The notes under the pieces: model-generated
The model's input: only the letters and a program-made list of their open reading frames with translations
Databases searched by the model: none
Told to the model about the DNA's origin: nothing
Program-made: the position numbers and the translations under genes
Source: an uncultured delta proteobacterium
GTDB lineage: Bacteria > Desulfobacterota > WTBG01
Direction of reading: 5' to 3'
Assembly (NCBI GenBank): GCA_963793865.1
Contig: CAWCBP010000008.1
Location: 256,001-320,000 of the forward strand
DNA: 64,000 bases
Shown here: positions 1 through 12,315 of the stretch, in pieces
Position numbering within the stretch: the stretch's first letter is position 1
Layout: each line of letters starts with the position of its first letter

Positions 1-289
1 GACATGGGATGATGTATGGCGTGCGTATCCGGCCCTGGAGTTTCAAGAAATCGTATAATGCCTAAGAGAGACAGCGGGTGTTGTAACCTGCCCTGGCAAT
101 GCTGACTGCATTCTAGTGAGCCCCTCGTCAAAAAGCAACAAAATTGAAAAAAGTCCGGGATTTTTGAAGATCGTTCCCGGTGACGACACTGCAGTGCCCG
201 GCACGACTACCTGTTGACTTTTGAGCGGCATTCCTATACGTTGAATTTATCCGTGCATCTCGAAAACATTAAGAGCGGGGACTATTCAT

Positions 290-1330
290 ATGAAGGCATT
301 GATCACCGGCGGCGCCGGCTTTTTTGGGACCGTACTCAAACAGTATCTTTCTGAAAAGGGCGCGGAATCGGTTATCTACGATCTGGTTCCGGATACGGAC
401 AAGGTCAAGAACACTGTGGCGGTGCAGGGTGACCTGTGCAATGAATCGCAGCTTGAAGCGTGCTTTAAGACGTACGGGCCCTTTGACGTGGTCTACCACG
501 TTGCCGCACAGCTGGCGCACAATGTGAAAGACAAAGGCTTTCTCTGGAAATCAAATGTGGAGGGGACCCGGCAGCTGGCAGAGATGGCGGTCAAGTACAA
601 GGTGCCGCACCTGGTTTTTACCTCGAGCAACTGCCTGTGGGGCATCCCCATGGGGAAAAAAATCGGAGAGGCGGAGCCGCCCCACCCGGTGGAAATTTAC
701 GGCCAATCCAAGTGGGAAGGGGAAAAGATACTCCTCGGCTATAAGGATTCACTTACCCTGACCATCATTCGCTGTCCCACCATTACTGATGCAGGGAGGC
801 TCGGCCTGCTGGCCATACTTTTTGAGTTCATTGAGGAGAACAGAAGGGTCTATCTTGTCGGCGGCGGCGATAATGTCTATCAGTTCATCTACGCCCGGGA
901 TCTGGCTGATGCCTGCCTCAAGGCGTATGAGAAGGGAACCTCCACCGAGGTCTATAATATCGGGAGCGATAACGTGAAGCCGCTGAAGGAGGTATTCGGC
1001 TACGTGATCCAAAAGGCGGGATCATCGTCAAAGCTGGTGCCTCTTCCCAAGGCACCCACCCTGCTGGCCATGAAGCTGTGCTACAAGCTGGGATTGTCAC
1101 CGCTCGGACCGTACCAGTACAAGATGATTGCCGAAAACTTCGTGTTTGATACGCAGAAAATAAAAACCATGCTTGACTGGAAGCCGACACTTACCAATGA
1201 GGAGATGCTCTTAAAGGCTTATATGTATTATAAAGAGCACAAAGGGGAACTGAGAAGCGCCAGCGATGTTTCCGCCCATAAGCAGGGTGCTAAAATGGGC
1301 ATCATCAGGTTGCTGAAGTATCTTTCATAA
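290..1330 (+). CDS. NAD-dependent epimerase/dehydratase (extended SDR)
   Basis: N-terminal ITGGAGFFG Rossmann motif, HVAA, TSS, YGQSK (YxxxK) catalytic motif. Confidence 0.9.
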   Translation: MKALITGGAGFFGTVLKQYLSEKGAESVIYDLVPDTDKVKNTVAVQGDLCNESQLEACFKTYGPFDVVYHVAAQLAHNVKDKGFLWKSNVEGTRQLAEMAVKYKVPHLVFTSSNCLWGIPMGKKIGEAEPPHPVEIYGQSKWEGEKILLGYKDSLTLTIIRCPTITDAGRLGLLAILFEFIEENRRVYLVGGGDNVYQFIYARDLADACLKAYEKGTSTEVYNIGSDNVKPLKEVFGYVIQKAGSSSKLVPLPKAPTLLAMKLCYKLGLSPLGPYQYKMIAENFVFDTQKIKTMLDWKPTLTNEEMLLKAYMYYKEHKGELRSASDVSAHKQGAKMGIIRLLKYLS

Positions 1331-1367
1331 TTCATGCGATTGCTTCCGTCCGCAATTGGGAGTCACG

Positions 1368-1480
1368 GTCATTTCGAACGAATGTGAGAAGTCTTATAAG
1401 ATTTCTCAGTCGCTTGAGCTCCCTGGCCGGGAAGCCACTTTCAGCCTTATCAATGCATTCGGGCAGGCCTTCGAAATGAC
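1368..1480. repeat. REP-like palindromic element (GTCATTTCGAA...TTCGAAATGAC family)
   Basis: Terminal inverted repeat gtcatttcgaa/ttcgaaatgac, internal tgagaagtctt/aagatttctca; related pieces at 35564-35597, ~55192-55215 and 58887-58937; lies between convergent genes. Confidence 0.7.
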
Positions 1481-1512
1481 AGGAAGGGGCTTTACTGTTC
1501 ATTGAGTGGTCT

Positions 1513-2928
1513 TCAGTGCTTTTTCTGCTCATGATATTCATCTTCGATATTTACCATGAAGGTATCATGGTGGGCCCCCAGAATATTTTGGGCGCCCTTA
1601 ATGCCCGTTTCAAGTGAATGGTCAAGGTTATTGTATTTATAGGTGCCGTATCTGCCAACCAGCTGAAGATTGGTAAAGCCCTTGAGATAATCCCGGATTT
1701 TGAGGAGATGGCGGCTGAAGCCGATTTCGTAAAGGGGATAGGTTTTCGAGGTTCTCACCACTCTATAATCAACTATCCTTGAAATGGCTTCCGGTGATAT
1801 GGCGGATTTCTCAAAGTCCCGTCTTGTCTGCTCAAACAGCTTTTCATCGGAAGCATTCCATACCGAATCCCCCTCATTGCAGAAATACTCAAATACCACG
1901 CACGACTTGTCGGGTGGAGCCATATGTATGCTCCAGTTTTTCGGTTCATGAAGCCTTCCGAAGTCAATAGCGGGATCATGCACGTAGATCCAGGTCTGGT
2001 CGGTAACAAAAGGCATCTCAAACATCAAGGCAACACAGACAAGATCGCGGTACTTCAGCCATCGGGCCGCTTGGACAATTTCATCGGGGGGCAGGGGACG
2101 CAGGGATAGAATCAGGTCGGTTATGGGCATGCTGGATATGACAAAATCGGTTTCGATCTTACCCCCGCCTTCAGGACGGCCATAGCCAATGGCTTGAATG
2201 GTATTCCCCTCATGAAAAACTTCTTTTACCGGGGCGTTAAAAAGCAGGGAATTGGGTTCACGTATTGTCTCGGCCAGTTTTTCGCAGATCACCCCTATGC
2301 CCTTTCTGGGATAGGTGAAGTATTTTACCAGGGAGGCTGCATCCTTTTTTCGTTTTTTCCAGAAAGCGTCTATTAATGCGGTTCGCAGTGAAAGCCCCTT
2401 AATCCTCTGCACCCCCCATTCGGCGGATATCGTACTGCAGGGTATTCCCCACACCTTTTCCGTGTACGTCTTGAAAAACAGACGGTACAGTGTTTTGCCG
2501 AACTGGCTTATGACCCAGTCTTCAAGGCTTCGGGGGGCCGGGCGGTTGAACTTGAACCGCTCGATCAGGTAGTTGAAGATAATGTCCGCGGCGGTCAGAG
2601 GTCCGAGGCCGAAAATGGCATTGACCGGCCTTAAGGGGTAATCAAAGAGCCTGCCATTGAGCAGTATTTTGCTCGAGCGGTCCACCGAGACCAGCTCATT
2701 GCCGAGGAGGTTTGACACGTAGCGGTCAATCTCACTGTTCTTGGTAAAAAAGCGGTGGCCGCCAAGGTCAAAGAGGAAATCGTTATGCCTGATGGTCGCC
2801 GAGATGCCGCCGGTGTGGTCGCTCGCCTCCAGCACCGTAAACCGGCGGTCGCTCTTTGAAAGCGTTTCAGCGGCGCTCAGTCCGGCCGGCCCCGCACCAA
2901 TAATGACCCCGGTTTTTTTATCTGTCAT
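1513..2928 (-). CDS. FAD-dependent oxidoreductase (protoporphyrinogen oxidase/UDP-galactopyranose mutase-like family found in glycan loci)
   Basis: IIGAGPAGL dinucleotide motif, DLGGHRFF, YTEKVWG, C-terminal GRYGTYKYNNLDHS. Confidence 0.85.
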   Translation of the reverse strand: MTDKKTGVIIGAGPAGLSAAETLSKSDRRFTVLEASDHTGGISATIRHNDFLFDLGGHRFFTKNSEIDRYVSNLLGNELVSVDRSSKILLNGRLFDYPLRPVNAIFGLGPLTAADIIFNYLIERFKFNRPAPRSLEDWVISQFGKTLYRLFFKTYTEKVWGIPCSTISAEWGVQRIKGLSLRTALIDAFWKKRKKDAASLVKYFTYPRKGIGVICEKLAETIREPNSLLFNAPVKEVFHEGNTIQAIGYGRPEGGGKIETDFVISSMPITDLILSLRPLPPDEIVQAARWLKYRDLVCVALMFEMPFVTDQTWIYVHDPAIDFGRLHEPKNWSIHMAPPDKSCVVFEYFCNEGDSVWNASDEKLFEQTRRDFEKSAISPEAISRIVDYRVVRTSKTYPLYEIGFSRHLLKIRDYLKGFTNLQLVGRYGTYKYNNLDHSLETGIKGAQNILGAHHDTFMVNIEDEYHEQKKH

Positions 2929-2981
2929 GGCTTATGTTCCTTCATCAATCGGTTTAGTCTGCATGGCTTTCGACTGACGCA

Positions 2982-3908
2982 TTACTTTCGCAGCACCACG
3001 TTCAGAATATCATAGGGATTGAAGTAAAATGAAATCCGCTGCGATCTTTCAGCCGCGGCTATTTTTTCAACCAGGCGGTGCAGTGTTCTGGTTCGGACAT
3101 AGTACTGTATCCTTGAGAGAAAAAAGGAGAGCGAGACGTATTTGCCGTGATAGAAACAGGCCTCCATGGCAAGGCCTGCGCTTCGGGCAAGCTGTTCCAT
3201 GGTGTCCCGGCTGAAGAAATAGAGGTGTTCAATATTTTTAAATCCTATCCATTTTTTTCCCAGCAGCCGGTATGACCATGAATCCACGTTGGGGATGGAG
3301 AGCAGGATTACCCCGCCCTTCTTCAGGAGGGAGCGGCAGACCTTCAAATCGCCCAGGGGGTCGGTGGAATGTTCCAGGTAGTCCCACATGGTAATGGCGT
3401 CCATGCTGCACTCTTCTCCGGGGTAATCGCGAAGGGCTCCCTGGTGGACTGCGAGGCCCCGGGATCTCGCGTACTGCACGCAGAATTCCGAACACTCGAC
3501 CCCTTCCGCCTGCCAGCCCCGCTGACCGGCGGCAATGAGCGAGAATCCCGTGGCGCACCCCACGTCCAGGACCCTTCCCTTTGATCCGGCAAATCGTTCC
3601 ACCTTTTTCATTCGCTTGTGCATCGAGCGGGTAATCACCGGCTCCTCGCTCACGTAGTTGGCGTATGCCTTGTAGTCTATGCCGCTCTTGTCCTGATCCA
3701 GCACGAAGTAGTCCTTGGAGTATATTTGCTGCAGACTCGCGGCGTCGAGGCGGGGGTTGCAGTAGATGAGCCCGCAGCGCCGGCAGCGAACAATGCGCTC
3801 GGGCGTGAGAAAGAGCAATTCTTCATCGCGTGCCCCGCAGAGGTTGCAGGCCACCTCCTCACGGGTGTATGCATCAGCCGCGGCGTTTACAGGGTTATCT
3901 CCAGACAT
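2982..3908 (-). CDS. Class I SAM-dependent methyltransferase with N-terminal Zn-binding CxxC...CxxC
   Basis: CNLC/CRRC pairs, VLDVGCATG motif I, WDYLEH, EHLYFF. Confidence 0.88.
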   Translation of the reverse strand: MSGDNPVNAAADAYTREEVACNLCGARDEELLFLTPERIVRCRRCGLIYCNPRLDAASLQQIYSKDYFVLDQDKSGIDYKAYANYVSEEPVITRSMHKRMKKVERFAGSKGRVLDVGCATGFSLIAAGQRGWQAEGVECSEFCVQYARSRGLAVHQGALRDYPGEECSMDAITMWDYLEHSTDPLGDLKVCRSLLKKGGVILLSIPNVDSWSYRLLGKKWIGFKNIEHLYFFSRDTMEQLARSAGLAMEACFYHGKYVSLSFFLSRIQYYVRTRTLHRLVEKIAAAERSQRISFYFNPYDILNVVLRK

Positions 3909-5331
3909 CCCGCCTCACATTCTTGACGATATGGAAAAAGTACCTGAACCCGGCAATGTTGAAGAGCCGGAAGTAGAGCATGTTTTCAAACGCCTCCCAC
4001 AGCCTGGTGAGAGAATAAAGGGGGGTGAGCGGCAGCTTGATTAATATCCTGGTGAGCGGGGTGAGAAAGGGAAAATGCACGGTGAGATTGAAAAGCGCGC
4101 AGAGGTTTTCAAACTCCCGCGCGTAGCGGGTGCGAATGAGAGATTTTCTGATGATCTGGGTGAAATTGTGAATGGCGTAGTCTGCGGGAAGCAGTCCCTT
4201 CTCAATCGCATAGTCGACGATCTCTGTTTTGGGGTAGGGTATCAAAACACCGGCACGGGTATAGTCGGCGCCGATCTTCTGATTGATGGCCACAGTTTTG
4301 AAGGCGTCGTCGAGGGTTTCTTCCGGAACGCCCATCAGGTTGGTGACGATCATCTTGATGCCGTACCGCTTGATTATTTTTGCGTTCGTTATGATGTCTT
4401 CTTCCTTGAGATGTTTCTTGAGGATGATGTTCCTGATCCGGTCGCTCCCGGACTCGATGCCGAAAGAAATGCCGTAGCACCCGCTCTTTGCAAGATCCCC
4501 GATTATGTTCTCATCTACCTGGTCAATCCTGATATTGCAGGAGAAGGGGAGTGAAATCTCCCTTCGATATGCCGCCAGAAATTCCTTCAGCCACCCCTTG
4601 TCCAGCACGAAGGTATCATCGGAAAAATGGACGTTCTTCAGCGGGTAGTGATCCTTGACCTGGCGCACTTCCCTGATCACCCGTGCCACGCTTTTCTTGC
4701 GGATGAATTTCCCCTTGTCCGCATAGATTTTTTTCTGCAGCGGGTTGTGGCAGAAGGTGCAGTGATAGGGACAGCCAATGCCGGAGATAAACCTTTTTAT
4801 GGGCAGATTCCTGATAAAACGGTATTTGTAGTAGATCTCCCGGTAGGGCAGCGGAAGCGGGTCAAAGTCCTGGATCAGGTCGCGCAGGGGGTTTTTTATC
4901 ACCTCACCGTTATTCCTGCACCAGAGATTTTTAATCTCTGATCCGTCCTTTCCCTCATCCAGGGCGTTCAGCAGCTCAAGCACCGGGTATTCACCCTCAC
5001 CGATACAGACATAATCAGCGGTGCGGAGATCGATATCCTCCGGGAAGAGGGTGGGGTGCACCCCACCCATGATGATCGGCGCGGCAAACTTCTCTTTCAG
5101 CGCGCGGGCAGTGGCAAAAGCCCACTCCCGGTTGCCGGTCATGAAGGAAAACGCGATGAGATCAGGATGGTAGCTTTCAATAAGGTTTGAGTAGTTTTTA
5201 GGATGTTCATCGATGAGGATGAGATCAGCCTCGTGACCATGCGCTCTAAGCATACCCGCGATAGACATGACCCCGAGGTTTTCGTTGACGCCGTTATCTT
5301 GAATAAAGAGAATACGTCCCATATCAGTCAC
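3895..5331 (-). CDS. B12-binding domain radical SAM protein (#1)
   Basis: GGVHPT and GEGE in B12-binding domain, CPYHCTFC cluster motif, DDTF, GIESGS; ATG at 5322 is an alternative start. Confidence 0.92.
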   Translation of the reverse strand: MTDMGRILFIQDNGVNENLGVMSIAGMLRAHGHEADLILIDEHPKNYSNLIESYHPDLIAFSFMTGNREWAFATARALKEKFAAPIIMGGVHPTLFPEDIDLRTADYVCIGEGEYPVLELLNALDEGKDGSEIKNLWCRNNGEVIKNPLRDLIQDFDPLPLPYREIYYKYRFIRNLPIKRFISGIGCPYHCTFCHNPLQKKIYADKGKFIRKKSVARVIREVRQVKDHYPLKNVHFSDDTFVLDKGWLKEFLAAYRREISLPFSCNIRIDQVDENIIGDLAKSGCYGISFGIESGSDRIRNIILKKHLKEEDIITNAKIIKRYGIKMIVTNLMGVPEETLDDAFKTVAINQKIGADYTRAGVLIPYPKTEIVDYAIEKGLLPADYAIHNFTQIIRKSLIRTRYAREFENLCALFNLTVHFPFLTPLTRILIKLPLTPLYSLTRLWEAFENMLYFRLFNIAGFRYFFHIVKNVRRDVWR

Positions 5332-5460
5332 AAAAGTCGCGGCATTTCAATTCGCTCTGTTTGGAAGCATGTGCGCCTTGCAAACCATGTCATTTTGTGG
5401 GCTTTCTTACCATACCGCTGCTTTTGTTGCAAGACAGATTTCCCGTGGTGACCCTGGTGC

Positions 5461-6806
5461 TTATTGTATCCCGCCCGGGGGATGAGGCTGTTCCGGCCTG
5501 CTTATCAACAGAGCAAGGGTGAGACACAGCAGCAGGCAGGCTCCTGCCAGAGGAAGAGAAACCAGCAGCCTGGTGGCGTATCCCTGTCCGCATAAACGTA
5601 TGATGCCGGCATAATCAGGATGAAAGGAGATCATAGCGTATCCGATGAGTGTCAGGGTGACCATGGTCGCTGGCCGGGGGCGGGATGACTGAAAGCAGAA
5701 ATTGGCTATCAGTACGATGGCGAGGTTGGACAGGATGAAGTAGTGGAGCCAGGAGATGGCCGGTAGCATCAGGAAGCATAGGATAAGAGCGGCAAATTCG
5801 AGCGGGTGTGCGGCGGAGTCCTGCGCACCCGATGTGCGCCGGAAGAAGAGATACAGCGCCCCGATCATCGACAGGGTGACGGCATACCGCAGTACGATGC
5901 CGGCCCCGGTGACCTGTATGGGATGAAATGCGAAGATGCCGCCCGCATGGAAAACCCTGAGCAGAAACGCTTCTATGGACTGGTTGCTCCAGGCGGCTAT
6001 TCCCATGCCCGAAATGGTGCCGAGATAGTTCCAGTAGAGTTTATGGAGAGCGAGCCCGTAGAGTGCTGTTGAAAGCGCGAGGAGGGCCAGCACCGTCGCT
6101 GCGGCTGAGAGCACCAGCAGGTATTTTTTCCGGTACAGAAAATAGGCAACGAAGAGAAGCGGCGAGAACTTGAGGGCGGTGATCAGACCCAGAACGATTC
6201 CGGCGAAGAGATCCCGGCCGGAAATGATAAAGTAGTAAATGAGACAGATGGCGAGATACACCAGCAGAGAGGTCTGCCCCAATTTGAGGGCATAAAGCAG
6301 AGGGAAGGAAAAGAAATTAAGGGCAATAATGACCATGAGGCGAAGGAAGGGATGGGACAGGCCTCTGGTGATGTGCCACTGGAGAAATACTATAATTACA
6401 AGAGCCGCCAGATTCACCAAGAGCCATACAAACGAGGCTGTCGCAAAGCTCAATTGGGTAAGCAAGGTGAAGGGGAGGAGAAAGACGGGCAGGTACACAT
6501 ATCGGGTGGGGGTGAGATGAAATCCTGCCTTCCGGGCTGTCTCATAGAACATACCCTTATCCACCACGCTGAAATCATCGGTCATTTCCGCATAGATCGC
6601 CGACGCGTTTCCGGACTGCACAGCTGTGCCGCTGTATAGTAGGCGATAAAGTCAACACCATAGACCGCGTCAGGGGTATCCTGCGTGATGCTGCTGAGTG
6701 CAGTGTAGAATGTATAAAGCGCCATGGACGTGAGCAGAACGATGGCAACGCCCAGGAAACGTTTTTGTGTCGAGTAAGAGGTTGGTGCAAAGGTAGCCAT
6801 GGTCAT
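5461..6806 (-). CDS. Glycosyltransferase family 87 (DUF2029)-like GT-C protein, frameshifted near 6620
   Basis: N-terminal TM followed by DFIAYYTAA (end of ORF 6582..7262), continuing in ORF 5461..6621 with YVYLP, LGQTS, LKFSP, NQSI, ISWLHY motifs. Confidence 0.8.
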
Positions 6807-8888
6807 GAAGCGCTGCCCGCAAGTAGGAGAACCTTTTTCGATCCTGATCAGCGTGAAGTCGGACATGGGTTTATGAATTTTGCAGAGATAGTAGCTCCTG
6901 CCGGGGAATGCGCTCATCAGCAGGCCGTTTTTCTCCCGCAAATCCATTGCGTAGATGACATCATCCTTGAGGTCGGGAGAATTAAACTGGAATCCCGAAC
7001 CGTAGGGGATGCGATTTGGTTCTGTTACGCCGGGGGGATACCACACATCTATGAACACAATGGCGTTGTGTATCCCCTCCGCTTCAACCGCCTTATGGAT
7101 CTTGTCGGTAACCCACCAGTAGTCGCTGGAATACTTCTTAATAAGCGACGGCAGGGAGGAGAGAGAATATATAGATAATGCACGAAAAGCAGGAAGTACA
7201 AAGTTGCTTCCGACTGCTTTTGGCATCGAAACCCCTCTCCCGTAACCAGCCGGGCAATGCAAGAAACCCGCGGACGGTAAGCAGGATCAGGAACGGTGTG
7301 AGGAGCTGATAGTAATATCTTGGTCCGAAGCAGAGATCCTGATAAAAATAAAGAGCGTATCCCCCCATGAGTGAAAGCGTTGCAAAAAGCAATAGATAGT
7401 CCCATCGGTTTTTTTTGACCGGATAGGGCAGGGTAAATAAAAATGAAGGTGAGCGAAGGGAGCGGCCACTCAAAAGATACTGATTGAGGCCGATGAGATT
7501 ATTGCTGGTATTGATGATCCCTCCCTTAAGGGTATGGGGCGGCCCGAACTGCGAACTTCCCCAGAAACCCAGGCTGGGGTATTTTTTTCCGTACCCGAAG
7601 GTAAAGGGATTGCCGGTAGTCAGTTTGTTGTAAACAGGAGCAGCATGACCATGAAGGCTGTGCCGACTAACAAAACATCCATCTCGTTCCTACGAGCACT
7701 TCTTTTTTCTTGAACAGACAATAGAGAGATAGATGGCAAAAGGGGCGGCAAAAGCAGCGGCATCCAAGGGCCTGATGTGGCAGCATAGCCGAGGGACAGG
7801 CCGGCGAGAGGGCATACCAGCGGAGAACCGATGCAAACATCTTGAAGGTAGGCATACAGGAAAAGCAGCAGAAAGAACAGGGTCGAGGTGTGATTCATGT
7901 AGCTCGAGGACATGAAGAGGAAAAAGGGGGACAAGAGCAGAAGGCAACTGCTTGCCATGATTATGCGCTGCTCATCATATATGGTTTTGGTAACAAGATA
8001 GAAGAGGACCAGCGAGAGAGTTCCCAGCAGGGGGCCGATGAGCCAGGGCACGCCGGCGAGCAAGCCCGCCGTGAGGAGAAGCGAGTGGCCGGGGGGATAT
8101 TGAGAATACCACTTCTCATCGTTGATGATGTTGGTATAGTCGAAAAATTCCTTATAGGGGGGAAGGGGGGCGCAGAGCATTCCTTGCTTAAAAATTTTAG
8201 CCTGAAAAAGCTGGGCGATGCTGTCCTCCACGTGAGGAATACCGTCCAGCACCGTGTAAGCAATGAGCGCGGTGGTCAGAAAACAGATGGTGAGACAAAG
8301 ACCGATGACGGTTAATTCCTTCAATCGAAAGAAGAAGAGGTGATCCGCTCCACGAAGGTTGCGGTCCTGAGGGGGAGTTTTATAAAACAGTAGAGACAGC
8401 ACAGGCATGTTCCGGCAAGGATCAAAAGAGTACAGATAGAATCAAGTGGGGGTGGTAGCGGGGAAGGATTCGAGGGAGCGGGTGAAGCCGCGCTGCGCCC
8501 ACCTGAGGGGGAAAAGGGTAAAGAGGAACAGAGGGGAAAGGAGCACAATCCGGATGAGCGGGGAAAGGGAAATGTGCCTGAAGCGGGGTATTATCGCCGC
8601 CCCGGGCTGTCTTGCATAGAAGAAAAACCATGCGATGACAAGAAGCATGAAGACTGCTGCTGCGGGTGCGCTCCACACGTAATCGGCGATGACGGCCAGG
8701 TAATAGCCGGTTGATCTCAGCAGCGGCAATGAGGCGATGGTGTTCTGAAAAAAATAAACAAGCGAGGCGGCGCTGTAGCAGAGTATGCCCAGAGCCAGGA
8801 AGAGATTGACAGGGCCGGTCGCTGTCCTGGTGCGGGGGTGCCCGGTTTTGTCAACCGCGCCACGATTCACCGTTTGAGGTGCTCTCAT
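6807..8888 (-). CDS. Multi-TM GT-C/PMT-like membrane protein, split by several frameshifts
   Basis: Consecutive fragments 8442..8888, 7620..8408 (PHVEDSIAQLFQAKIF, YSQYPPG), 7138..7473 (FGPRYYY) and 6582..7262 read as one polytopic protein; 3' boundary approximate. Confidence 0.65.
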
Positions 8889-8930
8889 GCTGTTCCGGGA
8901 TTGGTGTTGCAGGCAGACCGCGCGTTTCTT

Positions 8931-11300
8931 TTATGGTGCGTTTAAAAACAGCCTGTTCTGTTTCAGCTTCGCGATCTGCAGAAGATACTTTACCAGCGTA
9001 AGGAGTGTCCGGGAACCATAGATGACGCTGTTTGAAAAGTTGATGGATGACGCCTCATCAAAATATCTGACCGGAACCGGAACATCCCCGATTCTGAATC
9101 CGTAGTAAACCGCCTGCACCAGGAATTCGGTGTCAAACACAAAACCGTCGGAGTTATTATGGTAGGGTATGGTTTCCAGAACCGTGCGATGATAGGCGCG
9201 GCACCCGCTGTGAAAGTCGGAGACATTCTGCCCCAAAACGATGTTTTCGATGAAGGTTAACAGGCGGTTGCTGATATACTTGTACTTGGGCATGCCGCAT
9301 TGCAGCGCTTCCGTTCGTGTTCTGATCCGTGAGCCGAGAATGACATCACAGATGCCCTTCTCGATGAAACCGGCAATGTGCGGGATGAGTCTGCTGTCAT
9401 ACTGATAGTCGGGGTGGATCATTACCACGATGTCGGGATTTCGCTTGAGCGCCTCATCATAGCAGGTTTTCTGGTTTGCGCCATAACCCCGGTTTTCAGG
9501 GTGCACGATGACGGTGAGGCCGAGCTTACGGGCAATTGCCACCGTATCATCGCTGCTCGCATCGTCAACCAGGATTATTTCATCCACCGCGCCCGGGGGA
9601 ATGTCATTATAGGTTTTTTCCAGGGTTTCAGCCGCGTTATATGCAGGCATCACGATGATGATCTTACTGTGCTCCGTTTCTCGGCATGCTTCCGTCCGTG
9701 TGGTTAGGGGTGAGCGGTTGAGCTTGATCAGAATCAAATCACTATTTTCGAAGATGATTTCCCCCATGCTTTGTACATCATCCACCAAGCGCCGGTCAAT
9801 CTGAAAATTGAGATAGTAATTATTTATCCGGTTGACCTCATTTTCTTTCATCCGGTCAAAATTAAGCAGCAGATGGGTGGCCGCGTACTTGCTCGCGATC
9901 CGCTTCCTTTCCGCCAGAGACGTGGCTGGATGATAAAAGCACACGGCGTCGGCCACCCGCTGGTCATTGTCGGCAACCAGCGGGTTATTATGATAGAGGG
10001 CGACAATTTTTGCGCCGGTAAAAGCGGGCAGCAGCCAGGAGGTGAGCGGGTCGGAGAGCACAATGTCCCCCTCGGCTATTTTGCCCTTTAGAAGCAAATA
10101 GTTGTCGAGCGGATTCCTGTACCGGGTAAGCGCCGGTCGCGGTTTAAAATTGATCACGAACCCCGCCTGCTCACAACCCAGTTTGGCGAGCTGGTAGCCT
10201 ATGCTCAGGAGGGCTATAATCATAAAAAAAAGCACATGCAGGTTCTTTTCATTGAGGGTGGCGAAGGTCTCACGCATGGCCCGGGGCGACACGATGTTAA
10301 GTCTGCTCAGGTACCAGGCAAGGGCGAGGTGCAGGAAGACGATGGCGAAAAAGATATACCGCTCCCCCAGACGGATATTGACTGCATAGGAGAGGACGTA
10401 GATCGTGGCACAGAGAATAAAGCCGCGGCTGATGACAGCATATTGTTTCTTGATGAGAAAGAACAATACAACCGGCAGGCCTAAGAGGGCGGGGCCCATC
10501 CGGTAGATATTTCTGATTTCGTAGAGGTAGGTGCGGAACGGGTAGTACCAATCGGTGGAGGTGCTTGCGATGAGTGCATCCCAAAAGGGGTGATACGGCC
10601 AGAGCAGGGCCGCGGCAAGGATGATAACCAGGCTTACTGCAAATAAGAGGGCATGTTTCAGCCTCTTTTCTCCCTCGCTGCCGACATGCAGCCCTGCGCC
10701 CAGCAGAAAAAAAGAAGCGGTGAGCGGATGGGTGAGGAAGATGAAAACGGCGAGGGCGAGGTAAAGAAAATAGTAGCGCAGTTTTTCACTCCGCGCATAG
10801 CTGAGGATCAGATAGAATCCCAAAAAGCTGAGGTTAAAGGTGACGGTGGAGGGATAGAACAGGGAATAGGTTAAGAACCGCAGGCTGTACTCATTGCTGT
10901 AGTTAAAAGGCATGCCCCAGAAAAAAAGAAGCGTCAGCAGCAGGTAGCAGGGGGCTTGTTCGTCGTTGAAATAAGCCGCGCCCCACCAGTATAGTCCTGC
11001 TAAAAGCAGGAGAAAACTGAGGAGGGAGGCCAGCCGGATGACGGTAAAGAGCTCCAGCCGGCTCCATTGTTTGAACCATGCCAGGATGAAAATATAGGGG
11101 GTGTAGCGCAGGGTGGTTGACCCGTCCGCGGCCAGCAGCGGATTGGCGGGGGATGCGAGATTGCCGGACATCTCCCGGATGCTGGCCGCATGCTCTCCGA
11201 AATCATACAGTTCAATGAGGGGTCCCCGCCGGTTGCCGAACGTGACACCTGCCACAATAAAAAGAAGGACCAGAGCGGCGCAAAGATATGTACGTTCCAT
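8931..11300 (-). CDS. Polytopic membrane (GT-C-like) protein apparently fused to a C-terminal DPM1-like GT2
   Basis: ~530 aa hydrophobic N-part; C-part [42 protein letters not shown]. Confidence 0.8.
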   Translation of the reverse strand: MERTYLCAALVLLFIVAGVTFGNRRGPLIELYDFGEHAASIREMSGNLASPANPLLAADGSTTLRYTPYIFILAWFKQWSRLELFTVIRLASLLSFLLLLAGLYWWGAAYFNDEQAPCYLLLTLLFFWGMPFNYSNEYSLRFLTYSLFYPSTVTFNLSFLGFYLILSYARSEKLRYYFLYLALAVFIFLTHPLTASFFLLGAGLHVGSEGEKRLKHALLFAVSLVIILAAALLWPYHPFWDALIASTSTDWYYPFRTYLYEIRNIYRMGPALLGLPVVLFFLIKKQYAVISRGFILCATIYVLSYAVNIRLGERYIFFAIVFLHLALAWYLSRLNIVSPRAMRETFATLNEKNLHVLFFMIIALLSIGYQLAKLGCEQAGFVINFKPRPALTRYRNPLDNYLLLKGKIAEGDIVLSDPLTSWLLPAFTGAKIVALYHNNPLVADNDQRVADAVCFYHPATSLAERKRIASKYAATHLLLNFDRMKENEVNRINNYYLNFQIDRRLVDDVQSMGEIIFENSDLILIKLNRSPLTTRTEACRETEHSKIIIVMPAYNAAETLEKTYNDIPPGAVDEIILVDDASSDDTVAIARKLGLTVIVHPENRGYGANQKTCYDEALKRNPDIVVMIHPDYQYDSRLIPHIAGFIEKGICDVILGSRIRTRTEALQCGMPKYKYISNRLLTFIENIVLGQNVSDFHSGCRAYHRTVLETIPYHNNSDGFVFDTEFLVQAVYYGFRIGDVPVPVRYFDEASSINFSNSVIYGSRTLLTLVKYLLQIAKLKQNRLFLNAP

Positions 11301-11643
11301 GAATGCCCGTGTGACTTTTTCTGCCGGTGCGGGTTTGCCGGGATGTCTTTTATAATCCGATGGGGTGATTCAGCACGGAAATACAGTGATGCCCATTATA
11401 GTCTGATATGTTAATCGAAATCAAGGGAAAGGATGTGCCTGATGATAATAAGCAGGCGTTATTTTTGCGAAAATGGATTGAGGCGGAGATCATGTTCACC
11501 TCAGCACGGGATGTTCGACACTGACTTTGAACTTGCTATTTAAGGCTTTTTTTGTTACATGAATCAGCACCATTTGCCTTTTTATCCGGCCTTCAGGCGA
11601 CGCAGTACGTGTGTATGAAAGCGCATAACGATCAAAGGCACTT

Positions 11644-12315
11644 TTGATGGATTTGCTGACACTCCATATTACCCTGAGCTCGCTGTGGAGGTTGCTCATA
11701 CTGCTTGGCGTGTCTCTTGCCTCGGGGCTGCTGCTTGCGCTGGCCTATCAAGCCGGGAGCAGAAGGGATCAGCAGTCTTCACTTCCCTTTGCCTGGCTGC
11801 TGGTCATTATGCCTTCGCTGGTTGCGGTTATCATTTTTATGGTTGAAGACAATTTTCTGCGCGCCATTTCCCTGCTCGGCGCGACAACCATCATCCGTTT
11901 CAGGAATCCGGTTAAATATCCCCTCAATACCATTCTGGTGCTTGCCACGGTGGGCACCGGCGCAGCAGCGGGCTTCGGGTTCCACCTGGTGTCGCTGATG
12001 CTCGCGCTGCTCTGTTTTCTGTTGCTGTTTGTTGATGCACGCTTCCTGCACCGGGAGGGTGGGCATGAAAACCGTGTTCTCCATCTGAGCTGCCACCGTT
12101 CCAGCCATCCCGATCAGGTGTTCCTCGGCACGGGTACGTGGCTGCGGAAATGGACAAAATTGCGCATCGAGGCAACTGCCGTGAGCGATGATCTCAGCTG
12201 GTACTACCAGGTGCAATTGCGCAAGGGGGTGCCGATACAGGACCTGGTGGGGCACTTTCAGCGTCATGGCATTACAGCGCACATCCTCGAACCACGCGAT
12301 CTGGCGGAATTTTGA
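11644..12315 (+). CDS. DUF4956 family membrane protein
   Basis: RAISLLGATTIIRFRNPVK motif; adjacent to VTC gene. Confidence 0.85.
   Translation: MMDLLTLHITLSSLWRLLILLGVSLASGLLLALAYQAGSRRDQQSSLPFAWLLVIMPSLVAVIIFMVEDNFLRAISLLGATTIIRFRNPVKYPLNTILVLATVGTGAAAGFGFHLVSLMLALLCFLLLFVDARFLHREGGHENRVLHLSCHRSSHPDQVFLGTGTWLRKWTKLRIEATAVSDDLSWYYQVQLRKGVPIQDLVGHFQRHGITAHILEPRDLAEF

Noticed and set aside
6582..7262. Stand-alone 226-aa gene
   Set aside because: Chimeric: it joins the C-terminus of the upstream membrane protein to the N-terminus of the GT87 gene.
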